From the NCBI RefSeq assembly GCF_006345805.1, contig NC_042998.1, positions 36,952,001 through 37,016,000 of the forward strand: 64,000 nt of DNA. Direction: 5' to 3'. Source of the stretch: Octopus sinensis. Taxonomy: Eukaryota. The translations under genes were made by a program, and so were the position numbers. The notes beneath the pieces were generated by a model. The model searched no databases, was not told the origin of the DNA, and saw only the letters and a program-made list of their open reading frames with translations. Position 1 is the stretch's first letter. The number at the start of each line of letters is the position of its first letter. Below, one piece after another: positions 1 through 12,518 of the stretch.

Positions 1-517
1 TTCAGTAATATTAGCTTTAGCCAAATGACACAAACAAAAAAGGTAGCATTTAAAAAAAGCAGAAGGAAAAAAATTGCCGAAAACGTATTCCTAAAGGGGG
101 AAAAAGTGTATTTTAAATAAAACAAACGTTATTATAAACAAAACTTAAGCGATTTTTTATATCAACAACGATATATCTACGTGATAAATTATTAGAATAT
201 ATTAATTTACATCACTGCAATTTCAATGATTTCAAAACAGAACATATTGATTGGAATATTAAAAAAAAGTACGCGTATTAAAGAGAGATGATTTATCAGT
301 GACGTATGTTGACGATATAGTAATGGTATTAATTTTTGCCCTGGCAAGATTGATGAGAACTTTCAATGTTATGGTTGAGACTCATCTTATTCTCTTGGAG
401 CGATATCAACAAGAAAATGGTATATTGACACTTTCAATTATCTAGATCATTATGTTTCGTTCATGCTCATATAGAAACCGTAATATATATTAAAATATTA
501 TTCAGCAGGAAGCTTGT

Positions 518-648
518 GGGGAGGGGTAAGTCGAATATATCGACCCTAGGGCTTAACTGGTTCTTATTTTGTTGATCCCGAAAAGATGAATGGAATAGTC
601 GACCTCGGCTGAATTTGAACTCAGAACTTAAAGTCGGCCGTTCTAAAC
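518..648 (-). mobile_element. Degenerate tRNA-derived SINE, family A, partial
   Basis: Reverse complement contains the family core gttctgagttcaaattc..gccgaggtcgac...ttcatc.tttcggg.tc.a.aaa.taag.accag, seen in many other copies in the window. Confidence 0.75.
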
Positions 649-650
649 AT

Positions 651-1043
651 TATTTTCTTTTCTAGGCACAGAGTCCGGAATTTTGGGGAAGGGGGCCAGT
701 CGATTAGATCGACCCAAGTACGCAACTGGTACTTAATTCATCGACCCTGAAAGGATGTAAGGCAAAGTCGACCTCGGCAGAAACTCAGAACGTATAGACA
801 GATGAAATACCTATTTCTTTACTACTTACAAGGGGCTAAATACAGAGGGAATAAACAAGGACAGAAAAACGGATAAGACGATTATATCAACACCAGTGCG
901 TAACCGGTACGTAATTTATCGTCCCCGAAATGATGAAAGGCAAAGTCGACCTCGGCCGAATTTGAAATCTGAACGTAACGGCAGACGAAATACTGCTAAG
1001 CATTTCGCCCGGCGTTCTAACGTTTCTGCCAGCTCGCTGCCTT
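651..1043 (-). mobile_element. SINE family A, dimeric copy (head+body+tailA, then headless body+tailB)
   Basis: Minus strand starts aaggcagcgagctggcagaaacgttag (A-box-like) and has a B-box-like gttcagatttcaaattc. The body repeats from ggtatttc.tctg at about 815 and ends in the alternative tail gggtcgatctaatcgactggcccc...gtgcctagaaaag. Confidence 0.9.
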
Positions 1044-1234
1044 AACCTTTATATGTATATTAAGAATTAAATCTTTTAGGTGTTTACAGAAGTAATTTGT
1101 TGAATTCTCATAGTGATTCATTCATTATCATGTTAGAGAAATTCGAGCGTCTGACACAATTCTTTCGAGGTGTTTGTTCTAGTTACTATTATTCTAAGTT
1201 CAAATCCGTTCTTGGTCAACTTTTCCACTCATAC

Positions 1235-1525
1235 GTTAGCAGTTGAGAGAAAAAGCACCAATCCAAGCGGGTATTTTGACGGTATTGTAAAAACGTTAAT
1301 GCGGTCGCTTTGTCGCGTTTGGTCTTTGATTTCTTCTTCTATGTCAACTTGAGGGGTGAACATATCCTGTTCCCCAGTTTTACGCCACAACCTGCAATCT
1401 TTGGGGACTTGAGCAAGTTCCCTTAGTTCCAAGCATTCGGACCACATTCCAGGCTGGCAATAATTCTCTCTCTCCCTGCCATCAGTTTTGAAATCCCTGT
1501 AGCATGTCGTGTAATTCTTTAAGTT
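1235..1525 (-). CDS. Candidate coding exon (97 codons, phase 0-0), Cys-containing, host gene unidentified
   Basis: Polypyrimidine acceptor ttcttttctttctttgacag| at 1526, open frame NLKNYTTCYRDFKTDGRERENYCQPGMWSECLELRELAQVPKDCRLW...LVLFLSTAN, donor AAC|gtatga at 1234. Length 291 nt, non-repetitive. No family recognised. Confidence 0.5.
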
Positions 1526-2339
1526 CTGTCAAAGAAAGAAAAGAAAAACCATTAGCATTATCTAAAATCTTGGAAACAAGAATCTCCTTTCGGTTTTCTA
1601 AGATGTGCGCTTATAGTGAGGCTTATAAAGCGAAGGGATGTTCATATTTGACAACTTCATCCTTCATACTTAGATAGATATATTTTTCACCGCATACATT
1701 TCTGTCAGATATATGAGGGAGGTTAGTGAGTGAGACAATAAAAATACTGTCGAGAACTTCAGTGATACTTGATATTAGCGAACCCACAATCAGTAAGGCA
1801 TAATATCAAATCATAATATATAGTTTAGGCGTTAAGCTAGTAGAGTTATGACATACACATCTGAATATCAGTTTCTTTATTACGTTTATGTATGATTGTT
1901 GTTCAAATAACAAATTGTGAAAAAGAAAGCAAGCATTCATGGATTTATGAATGGTGAGAAGGCCTTCATAATTGATCATAATGCATTTTCTTTAAGTTCA
2001 AAGCCCATCAAATTTGACATTTCCTTTCATCAACCCGTATTACAGTCAATAAATTAAGAAACAGATGATTAAATCCACGGCAGAGTATATCCTAAAAAAC
2101 AAACATTTGATAGATGTATTAAAGAAATCAAATATTCTTCAATATGCGTCTTTACATAAAGATGAGGGACTCGTTACAAGTGGAATTCGATTTATCAGTA
2201 AAATCAGCAACAACAATTTATAGAAAAACATTTGTGAATAATATTTTATTTATAATTTCAAAATAATTTAACATTTTGATATGATGCGATGATATCAGTG
2301 AAGAAGACGCAAGAGAGTTAGAGACAATGTTTTTTATAC

Positions 2340-2628
2340 GGGTCTGGTATCTTGGCCGGTGGAAAAGGACAAGGAGGAATTTCAACCGTGTTTCGTGGTC
2401 TGCTACCACAACAGCTCCTTTATAGGATCCTGTTAGCTCAAGACATGATCAGGAGGAACTACGTCCGGTTTCAGCCCCTACTCCTCTACCGTTTTGACGT
2501 GGCGGGGCCCCCACTTTCGGAGGTGTCTTCAACTCTGGTGTTGGGTGCATGTCTTCTTTCTTCTTCTTCTGTTCCCTGGCCTCTTCGATGTAGCGTCAAC
2601 GAGTGTCAGGGGGCGACTGACTGACTGT
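2340..2628. other. GC-rich island ending in (GACT)3; possible 3' end of a non-LTR element
   Basis: Markedly more GC-rich than its flanks and ends ggggcgactgactgactg, resembling a short tandem LINE tail. No protein motif recognised. Confidence 0.25.
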
Positions 2629-3789
2629 CAATTTTTCTTTTTTGTTTTTATCAGAAAAATTCTAATCCAGTGAGGTGATTACGGCGCTGCAAATATCTAT
2701 GAAAATATCAATGTTTAATTTTTTATGCTCAGACGCGTTCAACTATATCCTCTCTATATTACAAACAGGTGAGGCAATTGCTGATGTTTCCATGAGAAGC
2801 TTGTAATGGTATCGCGTTGTAAGTTGAATATCCAATTCTCGAATTTCTAGCCTATTGTTGTTATCTGGTAGCGAAAGTGTCTCGTGTGTTGTATCTGTTC
2901 GCAGCAGGTCTGGTTACATGAATTTTATGGTCTATTTTGCTGTAACTTAGCGAAGATGCGTCATCATGTGCGGAAAGAAGCAGTATTCTTGGGGGGAGTC
3001 AGTAATAGAAGTTTTGTTTTTTCTATATCTTTCAATGATGAAGTGGATGCAAACAGTGCTCTGCCGTATTGTCATTCTTGTTCACATCGGTTCGCAACTT
3101 AGTCAAAAGCGATGACGGTTCAACAGTATTATGAACTTTCATTTTTTTTGGAGGACTAATGGTCCTTCAACTGAAATATAGTGTATATGGACTTTTACAA
3201 TACCTGAGTAGGTTTCTGGATCTTCGCTGTACTTTCAGGTGTCCACTCCAGAAAGATAACACTCTACAAATACCTGAAGTTGTTCACATTCAACGATTCT
3301 CTTCCTTCCATCTTGAATCAAGACTACGCTGCATCACTGCTGGACACAAGCTGTAGGAATTTAATCTCTTTTGCCGACGTCCTTATATCTGAGTATCTGC
3401 CAACAGTGCAGTGCGATTTCCTCGGTATGCCCAGTCATAGACAAGGAACATAATTACGAGGACATGTTTTAGACTGTCCGAGTGCGTTGCAGGGGACGGC
3501 ACCCATTTACACCTTATCTGAGGTAAAGCAACGGCTCCTAGGATTATTTTAGAAGGTTTGAGAGCTTTTGAGGAGAGACAATTGTAACTGTGCTACATAA
3601 CTGATATTTAAGCATATTATTACCTCACGTCTAATAAGCTGAACTGGCCAAAGTTTTTGCTTTGTATTGAGGGAGACGAATGTAACAGCACTTTTAACAC
3701 AAACTAATACACATTGCTTTTCACATCTGATTGCTTTGTAGAATGCAGTGGGAAAATGAAGGCCATTTGGAAGTGCTGCAAGCAACAAT

Positions 3790-4812
3790 GTTACACTTGG
3801 CAAAGAGGCTAGAGGAGCTTATGAAATGATCCCGAAAGATTATGGACTAACTTGTATGAGCAGAACATGATTTTCGCTGGTACAACAGCTTCAAAGATAG
3901 TAGAGTGAAGGTGAGAGACATTGTAACGTTCTCTCCATTATCTCCTTCTCATGTGGGAAGAAGACAGATGGAGGAACGTAACAGCTGGTTGCGAAAATTT
4001 GCAATCTTCCAGATAAAAGTTGTCGTTTGTGTATAAAGAGAAAAGGCACAGAGTTTGGATTTGGCGTGGTAATTGTACACAGAATTATTGTGGAGAGTTT
4101 CTTGTCAGGTTGCTCTGTGATGAACAGAAGGAAAGATACCTTGGTGACAATAGAGAGGTGGTTGAGCTCATTACTTCCAATCCGAGAGTACTTGAATCTC
4201 TGGTCACCTGCGATGAAAGCTGGTTCCACTGAAATGATCCGAAAACCAAGAGTCAGAGTATCTCATGGAAGCATCCTTGTTACCCCAGGCCCAAGAAGGA
4301 CCGGTAAAACAAGTCTACAGGGGCATCATTAACTTCCTTTGGATTCCTTGCGAGTAGACCACCAACAAAAGGCACTTAGATGAGGTTTGAGAGAGTTCAA
4401 GAATATATTTCATCGCAAAGTGCCATAACCCTTGCACTCGGGTCCTGGACAATGCGACAGTCCACAGTTCCATCCTGGGTACAAATCACTTGTATGAGAT
4501 GGGCATAAAAATGTCCTCTGCACCCATCTCGTACACTCCAGGACTTGCTCTTAGTGACATTTGGTTGTTCCCTGATATAAACGAAAATCTTAAGGGTAGT
4601 CGATGTGAAGACGAAAGAAGCTGTTTCAAGGGTTCTGGACACCTTTAACTCGAAGGGATTCCATGTGGGCTTGACAAAGTGACCGGGACGCTGTAACAAG
4701 TGCATTGAACTTAGAGGATCCTACTTTGAAGGGAATCAAGATTTTTTACTTCTTTGCAGTTAATAAATATTTCTCCTGAAAATATCCCAAAGCCTCTGCA
4801 TTGAACCGTATA
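3790..4812 (+). mobile_element. Mariner (Tc1/mariner, DD34D-type) transposase pseudogene
   Basis: Fragmented frames give EAYEMI (HTH region), RLLCDEQKERYLGDNREVVELITSNPRVLESLVTCDESWFH (first catalytic D), DPKTKSQS.SWKHP..PRPKK, LDNATVHSS, a YTPGLALSDIWLFP-like match to YSPDLAPSD, and NKCIELRGSYFEG. Many stops and frameshifts. Confidence 0.9.
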
Positions 4813-4870
4813 GGACTCCCCAGCTTACATCCGTTTGTTCAAACAGATTAAACAGCAAGCGTTTAATACA

Positions 4871-4935
4871 TGTCTCCAACTTTTCGATACTTGTCTCCAG
4901 TTTCTCGATACGACGTGTCTCCAACTTTCGATACT
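4871..4935. repeat. Minisatellite, 3 x ~21 bp
   Basis: tgtctccaacttttcgatact / tgtctccagtttctcgatacg / tgtctccaactttcgatact. Confidence 0.85.
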
Positions 4936-5039
4936 TAAAACAGGTCTCTGGTATCAGTGTAATTAGGAATAAAAATATAGAGTTTGCTGCGTGATATTTT
5001 TAGTATTATTTCATGATGAGCGTCATCTGCTCTGTCTGG

Positions 5040-5196
5040 GTTTCTTTCAGTTTCGGGCTACGAAATCCCCTCACCTGTCTTTGGTCGACCCGAGGTTATA
5101 GTAAAAGACACTTGCCGAGGGTGCCACGCAGTGGTACTGAACCTGGGACCATGTGGTCGGGAAAACAATATTCTTACCACACAACCACGCCTTCGC
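5040..5196 (-). mobile_element. SINE family B, 5' part
   Basis: Reverse complement matches the head of the full copy at 39065 (gtggtaag...ccacatggtcccaggttcagtaccactgcgtggcaccctcggcaagtgtc...). Confidence 0.85.
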
Positions 5197-5362
5197 TTTT
5201 ATAGATATATATCTCATTCTGGCAATCTGAAAGTATGTGATTTCGAAGCTATTTAAGTTTCTACGGAGACTATATTTCTATGAAATACATCCTGTACATA
5301 CATAAGAATTGGTCTCTTTTCTTGAGTATTCTTATGGTCGGTTGACTGAACAACTTACATAC

Positions 5363-5441
5363 ATTACAGCTGTTATTTATGCTCTCTAGTTTGTCTTTGT
5401 CAGTGTATTTCTTCGCCTTTTTGTAGCTGCTGTAAGCTAAT
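5363..5441 (-). CDS. Candidate exon (phase 2-0)
   Basis: taactttcag| LAYSSYKKAKKYTDKDKLESINNSCN |gtatgt. Phases fit between the 8928-9021 and 1235-1525 candidates, but such a short frame can arise by chance. Confidence 0.25.
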
Positions 5442-5814
5442 CTGAAAGTTACTCTGCATCTGTCCTCAGATTAAAGAAAAGAGATCCTTCGAATTGTTAT
5501 TGATACAATAAAAACTAACTTTGTTTCATTCGCAGCCAAAGACATTCCCGTTGTGCGTTCCTGGGATTTCCGGAATCCTTTAAATGTATCAATGGCAACG
5601 CATATATTTATCATTATGGATTTCAGTTACAATGTAGCGCTGGATTTATTAGACTTTAATGAATACAACATGCGTGCATAAAACTATTCTTGTTAAACTG
5701 TTGTACAAACTGGGATTTGCAGTGTTCCAGGTAATGAAATACTACAACATATGAGGAATATTTAATGCATATGCATGATTCAAAAAGATGACGCAATTCT
5801 GAAGATACAAGATA

Positions 5815-6045
5815 TATTTCTTTACTACCTCAAGGGTTTAAACATAGAGGGGACAAACATAGACAGACAAAGGGATTAAGTCGATTACATCGACCTCAGT
5901 GCGAAACTGGTACCTTATTTATCGACACCGAAATGATGAAAGGCAAAGTCGACCTCGGCGGAATTTGAACTCAGAACGTAACAGCAGACGAAATATGGCT
6001 ACGCATTTCGCCCGGCGTGCTAACGTTTCTGCAAGCTCACCGCTT
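5815..6045 (-). mobile_element. SINE family A monomer (tail A)
   Basis: Full head-core-tail match to the copies at 17872 and 44681. Confidence 0.92.
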
Positions 6046-7055
6046 TCAAATGTTTTGAAACACTATGTGTATATGTTTGAATGGCAAATTGAAAATCTTT
6101 AAGATGCATAAATATCTGAAGGATTTACATATTTGGATTAACTTTTATAATTATTTGTGATATTCCAATGAAAAACTCACTTTCATTGGAAGAAAAAGCA
6201 CGTACAAAAAACCTGTCTGACTGCAGTATCTTGCTTAGATCTGATCTGTTGGTCGTCGGGTTCAAGACTAGTAGAAGTTTTGTCATTATCCCTCGGGAAA
6301 ATCATATGTTTCCTCTTCTTAGTTATGATTTAATAGAATTTTTTTACAAGGTTTTTAAATAATTTCACACTTGCATCCTTTCATTCCAAATATTTCTTTT
6401 TATATACACATATATTATCAAAAGATTATAATTAGCTGTAAATCGTTTGCCAAGTACGTATGCATAACGTCCAAACGCACTTATTCCAAAATTTCGATTT
6501 CACTCGTGTGATAGAATTGTACCATATTTCAACATATTAAAGTGTTAATGCTACATCTGAATACGTGAATCTTCGAAGCATAAACGCATACATGCAAATA
6601 TCCTGGAACACATTGAAAATCAATGTGAAAATATTATTCGATTAATTGTCAAACGTTACCAGCAAACCACACCTGTAGACATCTACGTGTTGCGTTTCTA
6701 TTTTTCTGTGCTGTTACACAAACTAATTACATGTCTATCAGCAGCTAAATCGATTTCAACTTCCCGCCTCATCAAATCGTAACCGCTTCTTCTTACGATG
6801 TATTATATATAAACGTCAGTTGTTAGAAGGAGATTAGCGTCACGTAGCCAGCCAATGACTCCGAGTCGCGTATTTCATCAAACATTCTGAATGATGGAAA
6901 GCGATCTTTGTTACCGCTCTGCGTGACCAGAACAGATATTTATACATGATAATAACCATCTTAACTCACCATTCGAAGAGATTATTACGTAAATGATCTT
7001 TTTCTAAGTAGAGAATCGTCGGCAGAAAATTTATTGTCAATACAGGTTAACAAGG

Positions 7056-7250
7056 AAGACGGCAAGCCGGCACAATCGTTGGCACCCCGGGAAAAGATGC
7101 TTAGTATTATTTCGTCCGCTGAGGTTGAGCTTTTCTTTCATCCTTTTGTTGTCAGTTATATAAGTCCCAATTGAGCACTGGAGTTGATGTAATCGACTTA
7201 CCACCTCCCACGAAAGTGCTGTTCTTGCGCCAAATTTTGAAATCAATATA
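7056..7250 (+). mobile_element. Old SINE family A-related copy (tail C)
   Basis: ggcaagccggcacaatcgttggcaccccggg...gaggttgagcttttctttcatcct...gagcactggagttgatgtaatcgactta...gcgccaaattttgaaatcaat. Confidence 0.7.
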
Positions 7251-8927
7251 GACTAACTACCTCCGTCTTTTGGGAATTTATTCCAAAACTACGTTCAATT
7301 TCCAGAAAAAAGAATCTATTTAGGTCGGTTTTATCGCTGTTATATTCAGGCAGTTATATTCTCAAGAGGAACATGAAAAACAAGAGTATACAGCTGTATA
7401 TCAAACCATAGCCGATTTCTACTTAACAAATGTAAGTGACATCAATTTTCGCATTTGTTTATTACAGTCAGTGCTGTATTTAAACTGCTGTTGTTTGATG
7501 ACTGCAGAAATAGAAATGGCTGCAAGCTCCAGCAATGTTAAATAGTAAATAATATTTAGAAGCACCAGCAACAGTAAAAACCATGTGATCTGTTATTTCT
7601 CAGAGTTAATTGAGTTTTGTTGCCACACAATTCATATATATGCCCAACATACTTTTCTAAAACCATTTTAAAATCTTCTCCTGCGAGACACCACAAAATG
7701 AGTGATGTGAAATAGAAATCCGTGTACCTCTGAATATAATACATGGTATATGTGTAGCCATAAAAACAGCTATGCCGTTGTCATTCATAACATTTTAGTG
7801 AACGAATTGAAAGGCATTTCAAAACACTTTTTTATATTCAAGACGTTTTGTCAAACACTGCGAATAGCAGAACACAGGCTGAACGATGTATGACCAGTAT
7901 AAAATTAAATGTGATTTATTATAAATGCATGATTTAGGATTAAAGATTGTAAATCGGGAAAATAACTATATTAGATCCAAAATAAATGTACAACCAATAC
8001 AGAATGTAGTGAAATTATTAGAAATGTAAATTCTAAAGGGTGTCCGTGCGAGGTCACATGCATCGTTCGATTTAATGCAAAATGTTGAAAGTGATTTCTG
8101 AAAGAAAGATAACAGTCCAAAGAAGACCGGTTAATTCATCATACAAAAGACGCTGATATTTTTTGTATATCCAAAATAACTTTCAAATATATAAAATATA
8201 AGAAAGCTGGAAAATAACATGAGTGGTCAATCTGGTTGAAGCGAGTGCAGACAGAATTACTAACGCGCAAAGAAGTCTCAAATGATACGTGTATAGCTGT
8301 TTAGGTTTCCCTAATAATCTGGCCGTCATGTAGATTGAATATGTTTAAGAGTCCTCTGAGAAGCAATTAGAAAACGAAGATATTTGAAAATATTTAATAT
8401 CGTAAAAAAACTTTTAAAAAGTAACATATCAGAATGTATATTTAGGTTACGATGCGTATGTTACCATACACATATTGATAGAAGTTAGTACCTATAATAT
8501 AATAAAATGAAATTTGAATTATTCCAACAAATACAACAGGATGTAATCGCTGTTGTTAAAATGTATGCTATAATTGGTATATATTGGGGGAAATATCGAT
8601 CGGTTCATTACTATTCATAAAACGTGAAAGCGATATAAAATTTTCTATATTTATTTTAAGTACAATAAACATAGAAGAATGTATTGATTTTATAGAAGCA
8701 TGTTTACATGACTGACGACGGTCATTAAGAAAACTAGCCATACCCATACACTCGAACATACGTGACTTAATCGATGATACTATTAAACGTGAATATCTTT
8801 AAAAAGATCTCCATAAATAACGTTATCTAACGTATGTAACCTATAGAGTAGATTTACAAACAGGGTTAATTTAGCTGTTTCTCTGTTGATTGTAAAAATG
8901 ATTAACAACTTTAATCAATTATCAAAC

Positions 8928-9021
8928 CTTATTGGGTTCACATTATTAAAGGCGTCTTCGTCAATTTCACCAATTTCAGATGAAGAAGCAGCTAATCCGT
9001 TTATATACTCAACTGCAGTCG
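8928..9021 (-). CDS. Candidate exon encoding one leucine-rich repeat (phase 1-2)
   Basis: Acceptor gattttctgtag| with an in-frame stop just upstream. Peptide TAVEYINGLAASSSEIGEIDEDAFNNVNPIR fits LxxLxLxxNxIxxIxxxAFxxLxxL at the hydrophobic positions except L6 (Ala), and N9 is Ser. Donor AAG|gtttga. Confidence 0.5.
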
Positions 9022-10291
9022 CTACAGAAAATCGGGGCTACTAATGTACATACCGTAACTGTTAACCCCCTTTTAATTGTGGCAGGCTATCAAAATGGCC
9101 GGTAAAGCGCACAAGGTCCCCAGCCTACCGTCCGTCCGTCCGTCCGTCCCAAAGTGTTAAGCGAAGTGCCACTCAAAAGTCGCACACAACTGCTTGGAAT
9201 CGAGTAGCATACGCTTCTCCTGATCCGTCAACGATCAAACTGTGGATACATGGATTAATTCTTTTAATCCGAAAACGTCGTCCCTGTAGTTGTGTCATTC
9301 AAATTAATGATATAGATAAAATACTTAGATTTCATATACGTCTTTCACATAGTTGGGACTTTAACTTTTTTGACAGTGAAAGGACAGGAGAAAATTTGAG
9401 ACAGGGACGATACAAATTTAAGAGCTCTGTATAGTAAAAAAAATGTTCTATAGTTTTTATGATGCATATTGAAACTGTGATCATTTCATTTTGAAATTGC
9501 CTTAGATTATATTAAATTGAGTGAAAATAGTTTCTGTGGTCCTTTTCGAGAAAAACTTTTTCACATGAACATTAATCGCATAATGCAGAGAATTTCAATA
9601 CTTTAACCTCTTCTCACATAATGTATTGAAATGTCAAATATATAGAGCCTAAGACCTAGTGAATATCTGAAAATGTGCTGTCCTTAATTCTCTAAGTTAT
9701 CTGATATTCCTTAATTTATTTGTCACATTTCGTTGCATTCACTATCGCTCATTCTTTCTCTATTTTAACTTATCGTTTTCATCATATCCTGATAAGTTTC
9801 AATTCGATTAAACATATCATCAAATATTTTTATGTCCCTAATTCATAATATGAAAAGTAAGTAATTATTGATCAACGGAATTGTAATATCAACAAAAAGA
9901 TCTTCGCGCATCCATTTTACAGAATACAATAATTTAATAAAGAAACTTTTTCCTGGCGCACCTGAAGCAATCTCCAAGATAAAAGGAAGAACCGGTAGAA
10001 TCGACTACACATTCGCTATACGTAAAACAGTTTCACTCTTTTTCAATCAACATTCAATAAAAATACCGGTTATCTACAGCGGTAACTCTATAACATAATT
10101 ATTGTTTTTTAGAATCTTTTGGCACAAGAAGAGCATCATGCTCCGAAAAATAATAGTTGAAGATATAATTATATGCCTAGCTTTCACATAAACAGTAACG
10201 AACAGCAGAGTCACCTGGATGTTCTTAAATGTATACCTCAGGTATGCATTGAAGTGTGCACTTCATTCTATCTCCTTCTTATAACCTTCTG

Positions 10292-10322
<31 letters not shown>

Positions 10323-10489
10323 TGTGTGTGTGTGTGTGTTTGGGTGTGAGTGCGTGTGTGGGTGGATTCGTGAATTTGTATGCATAACTTTGTGCAAATG
10401 TAGACATTCCCAGTGTTATATTACGACATGTTTGGTAATTTAATAAAACCACGCTGCCGATAAAGAAAAAAAAACATTTTTCAGCGAAT

Positions 10490-10750
10490 GCGCATGGCTT
10501 CATGGTTACGGTATTTGGCTCACAACCATAAGCTCGTGATTTCGGTTCTTCGCAACTCGTTGTGTCCTTGGGAAAGACGCTCTATTTCTCGTTTCCCCAG
10601 TGTAAGCTGCTGGCAAAAAAGTGTTGTAACTATATTTGAAAGGCCCAGCCTTGTCAAGTTCTGTGTCACGCTGCATCTCTTGTGTTAATGGTATGCGTAT
10701 CTGTGGAGTGTCTCAGCCACTTACACATTAATTTCACTAGCCTGGTACTT
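10490..10750 (+). mobile_element. Degenerate tRNA-derived SINE, family E
   Basis: tRNA-like head (atggcttcatggttacgg...gatttcggttctt) followed by gttgtgtccttgggaaagacgc and ccagccttgtcaagttctgtgtcacgctg...tgtggagtgtctcagccacttacacattaatttcac. Confidence 0.65.
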
Positions 10751-10759
10751 TCTCGTCCC

Positions 10760-10800
<41 letters not shown>

Positions 10801-10949
10801 GTGTATGTGTGCGCACTTCCCTATATCATTACGGTGCACACACCACAAACACAGAAACACTCACACAACTTTTGTACAGACACAAAAGGTGCTCTTGTTC
10901 GTATATACGGTATTACATCATTTCTACAATTTATAAAAGTTGTTACATA

Positions 10950-11075
10950 AATGTAAGCATAACTAGATTTGGTGAAGATAAGAAATGGCGATTGTTTGAT
11001 ACGATAACACGTTGTACCGAAACCGGTGCGAATACTAATGCAATAAAATATGCAAAACAAAAATACTTTTATCAA
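10950..11075 (+). mobile_element. Penelope-like terminal fragment with eroded hammerhead motif
   Basis: ATTTG-GTGAAGA...GAAACCGGT-G-CGAAT followed by aataaa. C3 and H17 are non-canonical. Confidence 0.35.
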
Positions 11076-11344
11076 AACATGTGTAAGATTAAACTGCTGA
11101 AGCCGAAGGCATTGAGACGCGGAATTTCTTTCGTCGGATACGTCGGTAGCATGTTATCTTTTAGCAGTGAATCGGTGTTTAAGAGCATAAAAAACATCAA
11201 GGCTATGTTCATATTCAAAACTTCCGAATTCAATGAAATAGCATAATTTGCTTTTGTATCCATCATCTCTTCTTATTGTGGAACTTTGTTAAACTTTACT
11301 GAAGCTGGGATCGCGAGAAAACTTTTAAAAGTAAAAAAATAAAA

Positions 11345-11560
11345 TAGCAACTAGATTATCGCTGCCCTCAGCTTCTATCACGAGCTCTAGATAGCTCCGT
11401 AACCTGGGGAGTTCCTTCCTCACTGAGTTCCTTCAAACATCTCTTTGATCTCAGCTATCAACTCGGTTTTTCTGTTGCTGACCGAGTGGTTGATCTATTC
11501 CAAGCTGTAATCATGGCGTCACCCTGCCGCTAAGTCTACGGCTACATTTTATAATACTTA
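11345..11560 (-). mobile_element. Tc1-like transposase C-terminal relic
   Basis: Minus-strand frames give NRKTELIAEIKEMFEG and LELVIEAEG, resembling the Tc1/mariner C-terminal helices (..TKAELIAKIKE.F.....LEAVIEAEGG). Stops present. Confidence 0.45.
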
Positions 11561-12428
11561 CCCTTAAATTTTGTCGTAGTGTAGAGTTGATGAAACTGTA
11601 AATTAACTATAATTCGTAGCTTATTAAATAATCATCTATCAGTGACACCCTCCTCTTTGAAGATTGTAGAGCATCTCTGACCAGAATGCTACTAGTATCA
11701 ATTATTTGTATCTTAAGTATATATCTTGTACCTGATCAGTTACATGCCAAAAGCAAAAAAACAAAAAAATAACAATATTTAATAAATAAATAAAATAAAT
11801 AAATAAAGTAAGAGAGAAAAAAAGTACTTGTTAGTGTTTTCGATCATTTTAAACATTTCTGAATCTGCAGAAATGTTTTTTTTTTTCAGTGAAAAAAGTG
11901 TTTCAGTGTACGTACGCAGCAGTGTTTAAATGGCTACATATATGTATGAAAGTAAATAAATGTAAGTGGGCGTAAAAGCGTCGTGAGCATGTGCTCGGAA
12001 ATATATCTATCAATCTATTACTCGATCTATATGCAACTGCGCTCAGATATCCACTTCCATCGATTTGTAACTGAAAATATTTCGGCAAAACATCGGTTGC
12101 TGCACCGCTACTTATTACCGTACGTAAGCAATAGCATACGTGTTCTTATATATATACATACATACATACATATATATATATATATATGTTAATAAAATAG
12201 AACATATGCATATATATAAACATATATGTACGTACCTACCTCTACATGTACATATACACGCATATATGTGTAGAGGACACCAAAAAGACGTCGAACACAT
12301 AGAGAGACGAAACACATAGACACAAACCAAGGAACAAGACAAGCAAAAAAAAAGAGAGATACAGGACAATAAGCACAACGAAAAATCCCCTTCTTCAGTC
12401 GCTAAGGTTTCATCTACTAAACGTTTCG

Positions 12429-12463
<35 letters not shown>

Positions 12464-12518
12464 CGAGTAAATCCACTCACGCACACACGCCGGTGCACGC
12501 GCATACACACACACATAT

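Noticed and set aside
3160-3560. Moderately GC-rich segment, possibly a LINE 5' region with an HDV-like ribozyme
   Set aside because: Could not identify the nested double pseudoknot or any protein motif by eye.
7556-8100. Possible minus-strand exons at about 7650-7735 and 7970-8097
   Set aside because: Good acceptors, but several frames are open and none gives a convincing peptide or unique donor.
12380-12430. Minus-strand GAAACGTT followed by CTGAAGAAGGGG (possible type-II hammerhead)
   Set aside because: No stem I pairing between the two halves and no stem II partner found.
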